Below are positions 8,781 to 20,700 of a stretch of DNA of 64,000 bases, one piece after another (within the stretch, counting starts at the first letter, position 1; each line of letters starts with the position of its first letter). The notes beneath the pieces are model-generated. The model ran no database searches and had not been told where the DNA came from. It saw only the letters and a list, made by a program, of their open reading frames with translations. The translations under genes and the position numbers were made by a program. Source of the stretch: a virus; the IMG/VR virus record IMGVR_UViG_3300013114_000098; one strand, 5' to 3'.

Positions 8781-9392
8781 ATGTTAATTGAACATGTTTT
8801 AAAAGAGGGCGTAGACAACATAGCTGTATTTTATGGCGGTCGTTTTCAACCTATGCACCAAGGACATCACGATGTTTATAAACATCTAATCCAAAAGTTT
8901 GGTGCTGATAATGTATTTATCGCCACAACATTTAGCCAAAAAGCTGTGAAAGCACACTCACAGGGCGACTACGGTAGTGATCCTTTTACATTTGATGAAA
9001 AGGCAAGTATCATGAATAAGATGTTCAATATACCCGGTGATAAGATTATTAAAACTAATCCATATAGACCAGACATGGCAGCGGCAGGTAAAGACCCAGA
9101 AACTACTGCACAAATACTTGTGTATGGTGAAAAAGATGCTAATAGACTTGCTACAGGTGGTGAAGGGTTCTTACATAAATTACCAACCGATATGAATGAA
9201 TTAGTTCCTACAGCACAAGAACGAGGCTACGTATATGTAGCACCACTTATGCAAGGTGGAATGAGTGCAAGTGATTTCCGTGCAACAATGGCTAAAACAA
9301 TGGACGAAAAAGAGAAACAACAAGCATTTACAAAGTTTTTTGGCAAATTTGACGAACAAGTTTATCGTTTTATTGAGGAGAGATTAACATAA
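8781..9392 (+). CDS. Cytidyltransferase-like (HIGH-motif) nucleotidyltransferase
   Basis: YGGRFQPMHQGH and MSASDFR motifs. Start moved to ATG 8781 (GGAG RBS, downstream of the late box). Confidence 0.75.
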   Translation: MLIEHVLKEGVDNIAVFYGGRFQPMHQGHHDVYKHLIQKFGADNVFIATTFSQKAVKAHSQGDYGSDPFTFDEKASIMNKMFNIPGDKIIKTNPYRPDMAAAGKDPETTAQILVYGEKDANRLATGGEGFLHKLPTDMNELVPTAQERGYVYVAPLMQGGMSASDFRATMAKTMDEKEKQQAFTKFFGKFDEQVYRFIEERLT

Positions 9393-10036
9393 TGGCAGGC
9401 GTAACAAACAAAGCAAAATTACTAATGAAAGAAAAAGGTAAACCATTTTTCTTAGGTTCTGGTAGATTAACTCATGAGCAAAGTATATTAAACCCACTTA
9501 GTAATGACGGTGGTGTAGTGTTTCCTTTAACACCTACTATTCAAATGTCACATAGTGCTAACTATGGAACATATGATGTGACTGGATCAATATATCAACA
9601 AAATTATTATATTAACACACCAAATCCGCCTATATCAATAACAGCATTGTTTCCTTCTAATACAGCAGAAGAAGCGGCATATACAGCGGCGTCATTACAT
9701 TTTTTTAAATCATGTATGAAATCTGATTTTGGTTCACAAGCAGGAGCTACAGCAGGTACTCCACCACCAATATTAAAGTTTAGTTGTTATGGCTCAGTAC
9801 ATGCCTCAAACGTTCCGTGTGTTATTAGAAACTTTACATACACATTACCAGAAGACACAGACTACGTAGAAGTTAAAGCAGGAAACGGTGAAATGATTGC
9901 CGTTCCTACATTATCACTAGTATCAGTAGAACTAGTACCTCAACTTCCACCAAAAGCAGTTAAAGATCGGTTCAACATAAGAACATATGCAAGTGGAATT
10001 GCATTAAATGATGGCAACCCAGACGGATTTATATAA
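9392..10036 (+). CDS. Baseplate/tail-tube initiator, gp48/gp54-like
   Basis: FPLTPTI..SHSANY and PPPILKFSCYG...VPCVI motifs; position in the baseplate module. Confidence 0.55.
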   Translation: MAGVTNKAKLLMKEKGKPFFLGSGRLTHEQSILNPLSNDGGVVFPLTPTIQMSHSANYGTYDVTGSIYQQNYYINTPNPPISITALFPSNTAEEAAYTAASLHFFKSCMKSDFGSQAGATAGTPPPILKFSCYGSVHASNVPCVIRNFTYTLPEDTDYVEVKAGNGEMIAVPTLSLVSVELVPQLPPKAVKDRFNIRTYASGIALNDGNPDGFI

Positions 10037-10037
10037 T

Positions 10038-10322
10038 ATGGCAAATTACAGAACAGACAGTTTATACAGAGATACAAAAATCATTAATAAACAATATTTA
10101 GATGTATTAGATGTTAACAGTATTGATATAGCTAATACAGCAACTAAACTATTAATACTAGAAGAAAAATATAATGAGAAACCAGATCTGTTAGCATACG
10201 ACTTGTATGGTAACGCAAAATTATGGTGGGTGTTTGCTTTATTTAATCAAGACGAATTAGCAGATCCTATTGTAGATTTTAAAACAGGCTTAAAAATATC
10301 AGTTCCTATAAGGTTCTCATAA
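10038..10322 (+). CDS. gp53-like (LysM-type) baseplate wedge protein
   Basis: KPDLLAYDLYGNAKLWWVFALFN motif; start taken at ATG 10038. Confidence 0.75.
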   Translation: MANYRTDSLYRDTKIINKQYLDVLDVNSIDIANTATKLLILEEKYNEKPDLLAYDLYGNAKLWWVFALFNQDELADPIVDFKTGLKISVPIRFS

Positions 10323-10323
10323 C

Positions 10324-12228
10324 ATGGCATTCGAAGATACAACAGGAACATCAACAGTTAAAGAAATTAGAGAAATAAGAAATCTAACTACTTTAAAAAA
10401 CACTGTTTCTCCTAATTGGTTAAGTTTAGTTGATAGTCCAACATATCTTTGGACATTATATCTTGTAAGCAATGAAATCTGGAATGATCCTAACTTAATA
10501 GGAAATGATGATGCGGCCTTAAACAACAAACAAGCATTTATTGTTGCTAAACAAGGAGTAGACGCTGAATTTAGTTTAGACAATTTTATGTCGTTAGCAA
10601 CAATCACACCAGGACAAAAACATGGTAATGCTACTCCTGGTATAATACAATTTGATTTATTTGAAACTTTAGGATTTACATTTATGGATAGAATTCTAAC
10701 TGCTGGTAAAAATCTTGGCAAACCATCTAACTTATATTCACAAAACTTTATATTAAAATTAGAATTTAAAGGAAGAGATCCAGTAACTAGTGCAAGTGTT
10801 CCATTTCCTGGTGTATACTTATATCCAGTTAAGTTTAATCAAATAAGGAGTACTACAGGACCAGAAGGAACACGATATAATATTATTGCATGGTCTTCTC
10901 TTAAACACGCACAGACAGAAGGGGTATTAGATTCTGATGTTACTATAGAAAACATTAGAACAGTAGAAGATTTTGTTAAAGGATTTGAAAAAGAATATAA
11001 TGATGGACAGTTAAGTCTTATGAGTCCAATGGACCAAAGAAATGGAATGCCAGCACCTAAACAAATAGAAATAAATTTTGATAAAAAAACTTCATATGCA
11101 AAACCAGGTACAGAAAGAAAAATTAAAGGAAATCCGTTATCTTGGTTTCATTTGCCATCAAAACCTTTTTCAGGCACAACAGACCAAGCAACCAGTTCTA
11201 GAACTGGACAAGGTTTACACAATGATTATAAAGACACAAATACAGTTACAGTTGAAAGAGAAACTAACATCGGTATGTGGCTTCAAAAAACAATATCTAA
11301 TAATTGTACTGCTTGGAGCGAATGGGTAATTGAAGCAAACAAGTTTGGATTAACGCCTCATATAGTAGTTGAAAGTGAAGTAAAATATCCACCAGGTACA
11401 AAAAAAGAAAACTATGGTAACGTGGAACCAACATTAATTGTATATACTATTAAAATAGGATATGGTGATACAACATACGACGCTAGTATAGCTGAAGGAA
11501 ATAAAAAATTAAATGATACAAAACACCAAGTAGATAGATTTAAAACATTACCTATTGAAAAAAGTTACACATATTTGTATACAGGTTTAAACACAGAAGT
11601 AATAAATTATCAATTAGATGTACAAAATTTATTCTTTGTATTAGATCAACCAGGGGCGGCTACATTTGTAGCAGGTAAAACTTCAGAAGGTAAACAGCAA
11701 TTTACGCCAACTCAAATAACAGATTCTATATATCTATCAGATATAAAACAATCATCTGTTGAATTGGGATATTTTAATCCAGTAGTAGGTGGTGTTGCAA
11801 AAACAGATTCAGCTGAAAAGGCGCAAGTAAATGAATATAATTTAAATGAAAACTCAGCACTAGCACGTAGATTACAAGACATGGCTAAGAGAGAATATGA
11901 TGCATTAAATGTTTCTATAGAAATTAAAGGTGATCCACATTGGATGGGCAACATGCAGGCAGTAATAAAAGGAAAGTTAGAGAAACCAGACTATGCTAAA
12001 CAAGATGCACTTATAACGTTCTTACAGTTTAACCCTAATGCTGATAAGTTATTAACTGAACAAGTTAAAGGTGAAATTGATCCAATTAGTACAGGAATAT
12101 ATAAATTAACTACAGTAGAAAGTAGATTTCAAGGTGGACGATTCACCCAAACATTAAACGGATACAAAGATGTTAATTCAAATACGTCTTTATTGTTACC
12201 GAGCATAATAGAACTATCAGGAGTATAA
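10324..12228 (+). CDS. Baseplate hub protein (gp27/late control D-like position)
   Basis: IEIKGDPHW and GIYKLTTVESRFQGGRFTQTL at the C-terminus; lies between the gp53-like and gp5-like genes. Confidence 0.55.
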   Translation: MAFEDTTGTSTVKEIREIRNLTTLKNTVSPNWLSLVDSPTYLWTLYLVSNEIWNDPNLIGNDDAALNNKQAFIVAKQGVDAEFSLDNFMSLATITPGQKHGNATPGIIQFDLFETLGFTFMDRILTAGKNLGKPSNLYSQNFILKLEFKGRDPVTSASVPFPGVYLYPVKFNQIRSTTGPEGTRYNIIAWSSLKHAQTEGVLDSDVTIENIRTVEDFVKGFEKEYNDGQLSLMSPMDQRNGMPAPKQIEINFDKKTSYAKPGTERKIKGNPLSWFHLPSKPFSGTTDQATSSRTGQGLHNDYKDTNTVTVERETNIGMWLQKTISNNCTAWSEWVIEANKFGLTPHIVVESEVKYPPGTKKENYGNVEPTLIVYTIKIGYGDTTYDASIAEGNKKLNDTKHQVDRFKTLPIEKSYTYLYTGLNTEVINYQLDVQNLFFVLDQPGAATFVAGKTSEGKQQFTPTQITDSIYLSDIKQSSVELGYFNPVVGGVAKTDSAEKAQVNEYNLNENSALARRLQDMAKREYDALNVSIEIKGDPHWMGNMQAVIKGKLEKPDYAKQDALITFLQFNPNADKLLTEQVKGEIDPISTGIYKLTTVESRFQGGRFTQTLNGYKDVNSNTSLLLPSIIELSGV

Positions 12229-12229
12229 T

Positions 12230-13435
12230 ATGGCAGGATTAATAAAACACGACGGTGTACATGTTTCAAACAGAGGCAAACAAAGTAGTGAAATAGGTAT
12301 CAACAACCTTAGTGGAATATATGTTGGTGAAGTTATTAATAATACTGATAGTTTATATACAGGCAGAATAACTGTACGCATATCAGAGTTTGGTGCAAAA
12401 ACTTCTGAGAGGATTTGTTTATTAGTTACACCATATGGTGGGCATACAAAAATTCAAGATAGCGGTAAAGATGTAAAAAAAGAAGCACAGGCACCAGTAA
12501 GTTATGGTCTATGGCCACAGCCACCAGAAATAGGAACAAATGTTGTTATAGCATATACTGGTAGCATGGAGCAAGGTATTGTAATTGGTTCTCTAATAGC
12601 CAAAGACAGAAATGCAATGATGGGTGGTAAAGCAAGTGGACAAGTTTATGCTAATGATCAAACAAGTTTAGGAACTGCCGTAGAGAAAAATCCACACGAT
12701 ATAAATGATGCCGACACCAAACCACTAGATGAATACTTTCAAGCGATATTAAATCAACAAGGACTAAGTCTTGACTATGTTAGAGGACACAGCCAAAGTA
12801 GTGCAAGAAGAGAATCACCTAGTAAAGTTTTTGGAATTACAACACGACAAGGGCATGTTCTTACAATGGACGATGGTGATGCTAATGGTACCAGTAACAA
12901 TATTAGATTGAGAACCAAAGGTGGTGCTCAAATATTAATGGACGATAGTAATGGTTTTATTTTTATTACAAACCAACAAGGCAGTGCTTGGGTTGAAATG
13001 GATATTGCAGGACACATAGATGTTTACAGTCAGTCAGGTATAAACATGCACACAGAAGGTGATTACAATGTACATGCTAAAGGCAGTATTAATATGCAGG
13101 CTGAAATTGGAGTCAATATAAAAAGCTCAGGCGGTGAAGGAATAAAATTAGAAACAAGTGTAGCTGGTGTTGATGTATATAGTGCGTTAGATATAAATTT
13201 ACAAGCAGATGCTAATTATAATTTACTAGTAGCAGGAAACATAATTTCTAAAGGTACTAGAATAGATATGAACGGCCCTGAACCAGGTACTGCAACAAAA
13301 CCTACAGTACAAAATCAAATATCAAACACTAGTGTAAAGACTAGTATAGCAAGTAGAGTACCCGAACATCATCCGTGGCAAGGAGTTAGTGGAGTAGAAG
13401 AAACATTTACAGCAGGAAAAGGGAACACATCATAA
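12230..13435 (+). CDS. gp5/VgrG-like central baseplate spike (OB-fold + beta-helix, no lysozyme domain)
   Basis: GRITVRI and PPEIGTNV (OB-fold), GHVLTMDD...IRLRT.GGAQILMDD, beta-helix repeats and a RVPEHHPW tail. Confidence 0.8.
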   Translation: MAGLIKHDGVHVSNRGKQSSEIGINNLSGIYVGEVINNTDSLYTGRITVRISEFGAKTSERICLLVTPYGGHTKIQDSGKDVKKEAQAPVSYGLWPQPPEIGTNVVIAYTGSMEQGIVIGSLIAKDRNAMMGGKASGQVYANDQTSLGTAVEKNPHDINDADTKPLDEYFQAILNQQGLSLDYVRGHSQSSARRESPSKVFGITTRQGHVLTMDDGDANGTSNNIRLRTKGGAQILMDDSNGFIFITNQQGSAWVEMDIAGHIDVYSQSGINMHTEGDYNVHAKGSINMQAEIGVNIKSSGGEGIKLETSVAGVDVYSALDINLQADANYNLLVAGNIISKGTRIDMNGPEPGTATKPTVQNQISNTSVKTSIASRVPEHHPWQGVSGVEETFTAGKGNTS

Positions 13436-14142
13436 TGCCAAGTTTTAGTTTACAATCAACTGTTGATAGTAAAAATCTAATAGATTATGGATTGTTTACC
13501 GTAATTGACAGTACAGCGGTTAAAACATTAATAAACTTGTCTGAACACGAAGCAAGTGATAAATTAATTAATTTTAAAATTAGAAGTACTAGATGGTTAG
13601 GCTATGCAAAGAATTCAGTTATTGGATATAAAGGAACAGTAGGTTTAACTAGTAAAGGATTAACTGAAGCAGAATCTTATACAAACTGGTTAGAAGAATT
13701 TAAAGACAAAGAAAGAAGTTTTAAAAAACAACTTCCATTAACTACATTATCACAATCACAATATGATGCAATGTTAAGTTTATATGTAGATACAGGATCA
13801 TTTACTCATGTTGGTACTAAAAACAGACAATTTGAAATATTAGAATTTATTTCTAATAGACAATGGGAACATGTGGCCACTGCATTAACACTTAGTGGTG
13901 CCGATAGGCTTACTAGGCAAGTAGAAGCAAAAATATTAATATTAGGTGACTATGGAACATATAAAAATAGATCTTATATTAAAGAAGAAGGTATACGAAC
14001 TCTTATAAAAGATTATAGTACTAATCAATTAAATGATGAACAAACGAAACAAGCAGAGTATGTTTATTACGCAGAAACAAAAAGATTCTTACCTAATATG
14101 ACTGAAAGTAGAAAGAGACTTCTAGCAAACGAACTCAGTTAA
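13435..14142 (+). CDS. GH24 lysozyme-fold-like baseplate protein, apparently degenerate
   Basis: IGY, LT..E, LSQSQYDAMLSL and RQVEA align with phage lysozyme motifs, but no catalytic Glu motif is seen. Confidence 0.5.
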   Translation: MPSFSLQSTVDSKNLIDYGLFTVIDSTAVKTLINLSEHEASDKLINFKIRSTRWLGYAKNSVIGYKGTVGLTSKGLTEAESYTNWLEEFKDKERSFKKQLPLTTLSQSQYDAMLSLYVDTGSFTHVGTKNRQFEILEFISNRQWEHVATALTLSGADRLTRQVEAKILILGDYGTYKNRSYIKEEGIRTLIKDYSTNQLNDEQTKQAEYVYYAETKRFLPNMTESRKRLLANELS

Positions 14143-14183
14143 TTCATAATAATCCAATCATAAACTACATAGTTAATCTTTTG

Positions 14184-14191
14184 CATAAATA
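14184..14191 (+). promoter_or_regulatory. Late-promoter-like box
   Basis: CATAAATA 5 nt before the gp25-like ATG, which implies a near-leaderless transcript. Confidence 0.6.
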
Positions 14192-14196
14192 GTTGT

Positions 14197-14580
14197 ATGA
14201 GCAATATATTTGGATATACAACATTAGACCAACCTTACACAAGTAAGAGTCTGAGTGGCTTAGAATTAGCCAAACAGGATCTGTTAAATCATTTTAAAAT
14301 CCGTAAAGGTGAGAAATGGTCAGACCCTACGTTTGGGTGCGACTTAGAATTATATGTATTTCAACCGTTAGATCAAGAAACACAAGATAGCATCAACGAA
14401 GAGGTTTATAACGTAATAAGTTATGATCCTAGGTTTGAAATATCTGATTCAACTATAAATGTTGTACATGATGCCCATTCGGTAACAGTTAATGTAAAAT
14501 TAACTTACTTACCAACAACAACTGCGACCGAGTTGCAGATTAAATTCGATAAAGAATTCACAGAAAACGAAGAGTTTTAA
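14197..14580 (+). CDS. gp25-like baseplate wedge subunit
   Basis: DLLNHFKIRKGEKWSDPTFGC and ISYDPR motifs. Confidence 0.88.
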   Translation: MSNIFGYTTLDQPYTSKSLSGLELAKQDLLNHFKIRKGEKWSDPTFGCDLELYVFQPLDQETQDSINEEVYNVISYDPRFEISDSTINVVHDAHSVTVNVKLTYLPTTTATELQIKFDKEFTENEEF

Positions 14581-14582
14581 TT

Positions 14583-17500
14583 ATGGCACAGAAATCAAGA
14601 CAAAATAAACTTTTTGCGGCAGAGGACTTTACAGTAATTTATGAATCATACATTAATGCAAACTTTCAAGCATTTGATTATGATACTATTAGAACTGCAA
14701 TGGTTGACTATGTACGCAATAATTATCCAGAAAACTACAATGACTGGATAGAATCAGCTGAATTTGTTTCACTACTCGATGTAGTCGCACAATTTGGGCA
14801 CAACTTAGCATATAGAGTAGATATGAATGCTAGGAATAATTTTTTAAGTACATCAGAACGACAAGAATCAGTTTACAAATTAGCAGAATTTTTAGGTTAT
14901 CAGCCAAGACGTAATGTGCCAGCGTATGGCGAGCTAAAAGTAGTAAGTGTTAAAACAAACGAAAATATTATTGGAAGCGATGGAACAAGTTTAGGTGGAA
15001 CTGATATTAAATATGAAGTTTCAAACAATGTAAGTAACTTAGATGATTTTATTACTATAATGAATTCAGTTTTACAAAATAGTAATCATTATGGTAGTCC
15101 AAAAAAATCAGTAGTAATTAATAACATAACAACAGAATTTTATGATCTTAATAACAATCCTAATCAATTTAAATTTGATGTTAATGGAGCAGTATTAGGT
15201 TCTTCATCTACATTTAATGTTATAAGCAGTGACTATGATAATACTACAAAATCATTTGCAGAAAAATCTCCAGACTCTGCAGGAAGTTTTGGAATATATT
15301 TTAAAAATGATGGCAAGGGTATAAACAGTGTTAATACTGGATTTTTCTTTGGCGTTAAGCAAGGAACATTACAATATGAAGATTTTACTATAGATACCCC
15401 AATTGATAGTATGTCATTAGATGTAACTTCTAAAAATGTAAATGACACAGACGTATGGGTACAGAATATTGATAGCACAGGTGGCATTGTTAAAGAGTGG
15501 ACAAAAGTAACAGATGTTAATAGTAATGTAATTTATAATAATCTAGCAACAGGTGAACGAGATATATTCAGTGTAAAAACAAGAGAAGATAATAAAATAT
15601 CAATTTTATTCCCTGATAGTACTTTTGGTAATATTCCAAAAGATACAATTAGAGTTTGGTATAGAACAAGTGCTAATAGTACATATGTTTTAAGACCAGA
15701 TGATTTAACAAGCAAAAAAATACAAATAAACTATACTGGGTTTGATGGTAACACATATGTAGCGGCATTTACTATGCAACTTAAACAATCAGTATCAACA
15801 GCAAGTTCAAATGAAACTATAGATGAAATAAGAGAAAACGCACCAAAGAACTATGCTAGTCAAGACAGAATGATTACCGCACAAGACTATAATACTATGT
15901 TAGGAAATTCTAATGGAGGTATTGTAAAAATTAAAAGTGTTAATAGAACATTCAGTGGGCATAGCAGATATTCAAAATTTATCGATCCTACAGGAACATA
16001 CAGTAATTTATATTTAACAGGAAACGATGCAGAAATAAGATCAGCTGACAACTTAGAAGAATCTGCAACAGCATCAACTGAAAATGCAAAGTTAATATAT
16101 GAGAAATATGTAAAAGATATTTTAAATAATGATGAGTTTGTAAATTTATATTATACAAGATTTAGAAAACATTTTGTAGCATTGGCAGTTACAGCTGGTC
16201 ACTTTGATGGCACAATTGATTCGGGTACTGGATTTTCTGCAGACACTACGGAAACTGTAGAAGCATCATCTACATATACATGGAACACAGATAGTACTAC
16301 TGCAAGTAACATTTTAAATGGCTATTTTACAGATCCAGCAAATGCTATTAAACGAGTAGGTACTACAGTAACTGATTATACACAATACATTACACCAGGT
16401 GCCTTAATTAAATTTAAGCATATTGATACAACAGTAACTCCTAATGTAACTACAACTAAGTGGGCAAAAGTAGTTGACATAGTTGGGCATGGACTTGGTA
16501 TAGAAGGTACAGGAAGTAATGCAGGACAACCAACTGGTAAAAAATCAGATGGTACGGGTGCTATTGTATTAGATGTTGGAATACCAACTGGTAGCACTAT
16601 TGAAATTGTATATCCAGGATTATCTAAAAAGTTTTCTACTAGAGAACAAGAAATAATTACAGATCTGTTAGAAGCAAAAAGATCATTTACTATAAAGTAT
16701 AGCCCAGCAACTAAAGCATGGGTTGCAGATGTAACACCTGCTGTATTTAATGCGACAACTACTTTCCCTACAGACTTTGATACTGCAGATGCAAGTTGGG
16801 TTATTTATTTTAATTATGCAGACACATCATATAATATTTACTTGAGAACACTAGGAATTAAATTTAAAAGTTCTAAAGTAAACTTAGGAAACATTAGAAA
16901 TGAATTAGAGATAGGAACATATACTAAAAAAGCAAAACGAGATATTATTACTATGTTAGGCTCAGATGGCACAAACATAACTAACAAAGGAACTTTCTAC
17001 GTATATGGTTATAATGTTTATGTTAATTATAGTGATTACAGACTAACGTTAATTGATGGCAATGCTGACGCTAGACCAGATAATCCAGATACATTTAGAG
17101 ATGTAGTAGGCGTAGGAAAAACAACATTACTTGCTACGGCTGATGTTCCAGTAAACTTTCAATGGGAACATATTGCCGCAGACAATCAAGTAGTAGACCC
17201 TAGCTTTACAAACATCATTGATGTATTTGCTTTGTCAAAAACATATGACACAGAATATAAAAATTACTTAAATGATGTAATCATAACAGAACCTACACCA
17301 CCTACTAGTTATCAACTAGGAACACAATTTGCTGGCCTTGATGGCAAAAAAGCAATAAGTGATACTATTGTTTATAAACCTGTTAAGTATAAACCAATGT
17401 TTGGAACACATGCAGAATCACATCTTAAAGCAAGGTTTAGAATAATTAAATTATTTGGTTCGAACATTACTGACAGTGATTTAAAATCAAAAACAGTATC

Positions 17501-17762
17501 AGCTATAAATGCTTTCTTTGAATCAAGCAATTGGGAATTTGGTGAAACATTTTACTTTACAGAACTAGCGGCATATGTACATAAAGAACTCGCTGGTGTA
17601 TTAAGTAGTTTTGTTATTGTACCACAAGGAGCAGGTAGTGTATTTGGTGATATGTTTGAATATACACCAAACACAGATGAACTTATTATAGCAGATGTAG
17701 ATGTAGATGATATTGATATTATTGAAAACATCACAGACGCAAACATTAAAGCAGGAAGTTAA
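14583..17762 (+). CDS. gp6-like baseplate wedge subunit (1059 aa)
   Basis: DYDTIR..MVDY, ENFL-like NNFLST, LAEFLGYQP, FPDSTFGNIP and ETIDEIRENAP...QDRMITAQDY motifs. Confidence 0.85.
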   Translation: MAQKSRQNKLFAAEDFTVIYESYINANFQAFDYDTIRTAMVDYVRNNYPENYNDWIESAEFVSLLDVVAQFGHNLAYRVDMNARNNFLSTSERQESVYKLAEFLGYQPRRNVPAYGELKVVSVKTNENIIGSDGTSLGGTDIKYEVSNNVSNLDDFITIMNSVLQNSNHYGSPKKSVVINNITTEFYDLNNNPNQFKFDVNGAVLGSSSTFNVISSDYDNTTKSFAEKSPDSAGSFGIYFKNDGKGINSVNTGFFFGVKQGTLQYEDFTIDTPIDSMSLDVTSKNVNDTDVWVQNIDSTGGIVKEWTKVTDVNSNVIYNNLATGERDIFSVKTREDNKISILFPDSTFGNIPKDTIRVWYRTSANSTYVLRPDDLTSKKIQINYTGFDGNTYVAAFTMQLKQSVSTASSNETIDEIRENAPKNYASQDRMITAQDYNTMLGNSNGGIVKIKSVNRTFSGHSRYSKFIDPTGTYSNLYLTGNDAEIRSADNLEESATASTENAKLIYEKYVKDILNNDEFVNLYYTRFRKHFVALAVTAGHFDGTIDSGTGFSADTTETVEASSTYTWNTDSTTASNILNGYFTDPANAIKRVGTTVTDYTQYITPGALIKFKHIDTTVTPNVTTTKWAKVVDIVGHGLGIEGTGSNAGQPTGKKSDGTGAIVLDVGIPTGSTIEIVYPGLSKKFSTREQEIITDLLEAKRSFTIKYSPATKAWVADVTPAVFNATTTFPTDFDTADASWVIYFNYADTSYNIYLRTLGIKFKSSKVNLGNIRNELEIGTYTKKAKRDIITMLGSDGTNITNKGTFYVYGYNVYVNYSDYRLTLIDGNADARPDNPDTFRDVVGVGKTTLLATADVPVNFQWEHIAADNQVVDPSFTNIIDVFALSKTYDTEYKNYLNDVIITEPTPPTSYQLGTQFAGLDGKKAISDTIVYKPVKYKPMFGTHAESHLKARFRIIKLFGSNITDSDLKSKTVSAINAFFESSNWEFGETFYFTELAAYVHKELAGVLSSFVIVPQGAGSVFGDMFEYTPNTDELIIADVDVDDIDIIENITDANIKAGS

Positions 17763-17765
17763 TAA

Positions 17766-20700
17766 ATGGCTAAGAAACGATCAGGACAGCAAACGGTCAA
17801 TAATGTAAAATCTAGTAACTTCTTACCTACTGTTTTTCAAACAGAACTTAATAAAAGTTGGTTAGATAGTACACTTGATCAAATGGTTTCTAAAGGACCA
17901 CTTGAGAATATAGATGGTTACATTGGAAGTAGAAACGGAAAAGTATCATTAGCAAGTGACGACTACTTAGAAACAAAAGAAACTAAAAGCCAATTAAAAC
18001 CTGCAGTCGTTTCATATAATAAACAAAAAGAATTAACTAATGCAATTACATTTGATGATATTGCAAATTCTATTAATACAAACTTTAGCACATATAACTA
18101 TAATGCGGCATATGCTTCAGACAGATATAGTTTTAATCCGCCAATTAATATTGATAAGTTTGTTAACTATACCAACTATCGTTGGGTAGAAGAATTACCT
18201 GTATACGAAAGTATATGGACAGGTTCAGCTAAAAATCCAATAACAGATATACAAACTAACGGCAAGTCACAACTAGTAGATGATAACAATACATTTACAG
18301 TTGAGAACAATATGCTTATTAAGTTTACTGGTTCTGGATGGAACGCAAGTGTTTTAAACAAAACATATATAGTAGCAGGCTCGGCAGGTAAACATAAATT
18401 ATACGAATATATAGATGAGAACGGTGTTAGAGTATATAACAACACAGTAAAACATTCAGAAAACAATGATGGTGTGTGGCATAACAATGTATTATTTAAT
18501 GCAGAATTAAATACAAACTACAATGGATATAATGCTGGCACTGTTGAGTCACCAGAGCAATTAGTAACACACTACAATAATACTAATCCAAGATTACCAT
18601 TTTTTGATGGGTTTAACTTCCCACAACTAACATCTAATCCTACACAACTTATTAGTGATATGCTTGTAAAATTTACAGGCAGTTGGGTACACAGTGGTAT
18701 AACAAATAGTACTGATATATTTTCAATAACAATTAATGCTACTACTGGTGATATAGCAATAACAGCGGCAACAGCTGCCCAAATAATATCTGCAAATGAA
18801 ACATTATCACCTGACAATAATTTAATGTATGATGAAGGCAATGCAGTAACCCCACAAAAAGATTATATTGTTATTACAAAAGATGACCCATTTCAAACTG
18901 CATGGAGTAGAGCTAACCATTGGGTTAATATTAGTACAATTAATAAACTAGTTGACCTGATACCTACTTACGATTTTACTGAAATTAAAAATATTAAAAG
19001 AAAAGCACAAAGGCCTATCATAGAATATAATGCTGGTATAAACTTATGGAACCAAGCAGAACACACAGGCGTTCAATACTTAGGAGCAGTACACGGATTA
19101 GCACAAGCAGACGCTAAGCCAACTACAGTAGGTGACAAGTATCTTTACATTGATAATAGTGATTACAAACTTTATACAGTTGCATCAGGAACAGATACTT
19201 CAGTAGATTTAACAGACAATGATACGTTCTCTATTAAATCTACTTTACATACTTCATGGGTAGAAGCAGATGGTTATTGTATTGATGGTACAATTACACT
19301 AGCACAACAAAAAACAAAAATCAATCAATATCCTTTATATAAATTTTATAACATGGAAGGTGAATCATTAGAAGGTGGATGTGGTAAGTCATTTACAGGT
19401 GATAAGATTTTTGGTTACAAAGTAGGAACAGGTACAAACGATACAGAGCTAGGATTTCCATTAAGTTTTAAAGATACACCAAAGGGTGCTGAATATGAAT
19501 TTGAAAACTTTATTTTAACTAACAAGTATTATACTAATCACTCAAACGCAGAATACTCAAAAGCAACTTATTCAAAAGATCAAATAGGATACAATTTATT
19601 TAAGCAGAACAATGTACTAAAAACTATATATACACCAGCTGGCAATATAGCAGGTGCATTTGAAAATGCACAATATAAAATAGAAGCAATAGATGCACCA
19701 TTAACAATCCCATATGGATATAATAACTGGAGACCAACATCAACATATTTAATTCATAATATAGACAACGATGTTTCTATTACTATTGCTCATGACAATG
19801 GAACTACTCACACAACACGCACAGGTAATGCAGAACTATATACAGTAGGTGAAAACCAAACAGTTGTATTTGAGAATTTAACAGGATTAGCATTAACAGT
19901 TGTTTCATATGGTGTAGATATTGAATCAACATCTATACCAGAAATTTCATTTGCAAGGTCAGGACAAAAAATAACTTTAGTAACAAGTGCATCTAGTAAC
20001 AATACTCATTTTGATATTGTTGCAGGCGGAACAACAGTATTACAATCATTTATTGTAACTCAACAATGGGATAATTCATTTTACAAACTTACAGTAAACG
20101 GTAACAACATAGAACCAGCAAAAGTAACTATAGGTGCAACAACTGTTACAATAGACGAAAGTGCATTTGCAATTAATGACTTAGTTGACTTTAGTTGGCG
20201 AAATAATGACTTAGCAAATAAAACAACTAATATAAGTTTACCAGATGTACATATCCATAACGCAAACAACACAGCTATTGAAACATTTACAATGAGCGAA
20301 ACTATTAACCACTGGACAGATAAACTAAATGCAATGCCAGGGTTCGATGGCAATATGCTTGGTGATAATAATTTTGCTAGTATACCTCATACAACACACC
20401 ACGGTGGCACAATCTTTATGCATGAGAATATTAGTGCAATGCATGATATTAATTATTCTAATAACAATTTAACAATTACAGGAGCATTAGTTGAGCAAGG
20501 AAAAGAGTTTGATGCATTTAGAACAAGAGTAGGTGCCCAAGCAAGACGATTATATACATTAGGTACTACAACTATACAAGCATTAACAGATAGTGCAATA
20601 ACTGAAATTCTTAGAAACAAACAAAAAAGTAAATTATACAACACGTCTAATATGCTTTATACAGATTTAATTAATAAACATGAATTTGATTTAGAAGATG

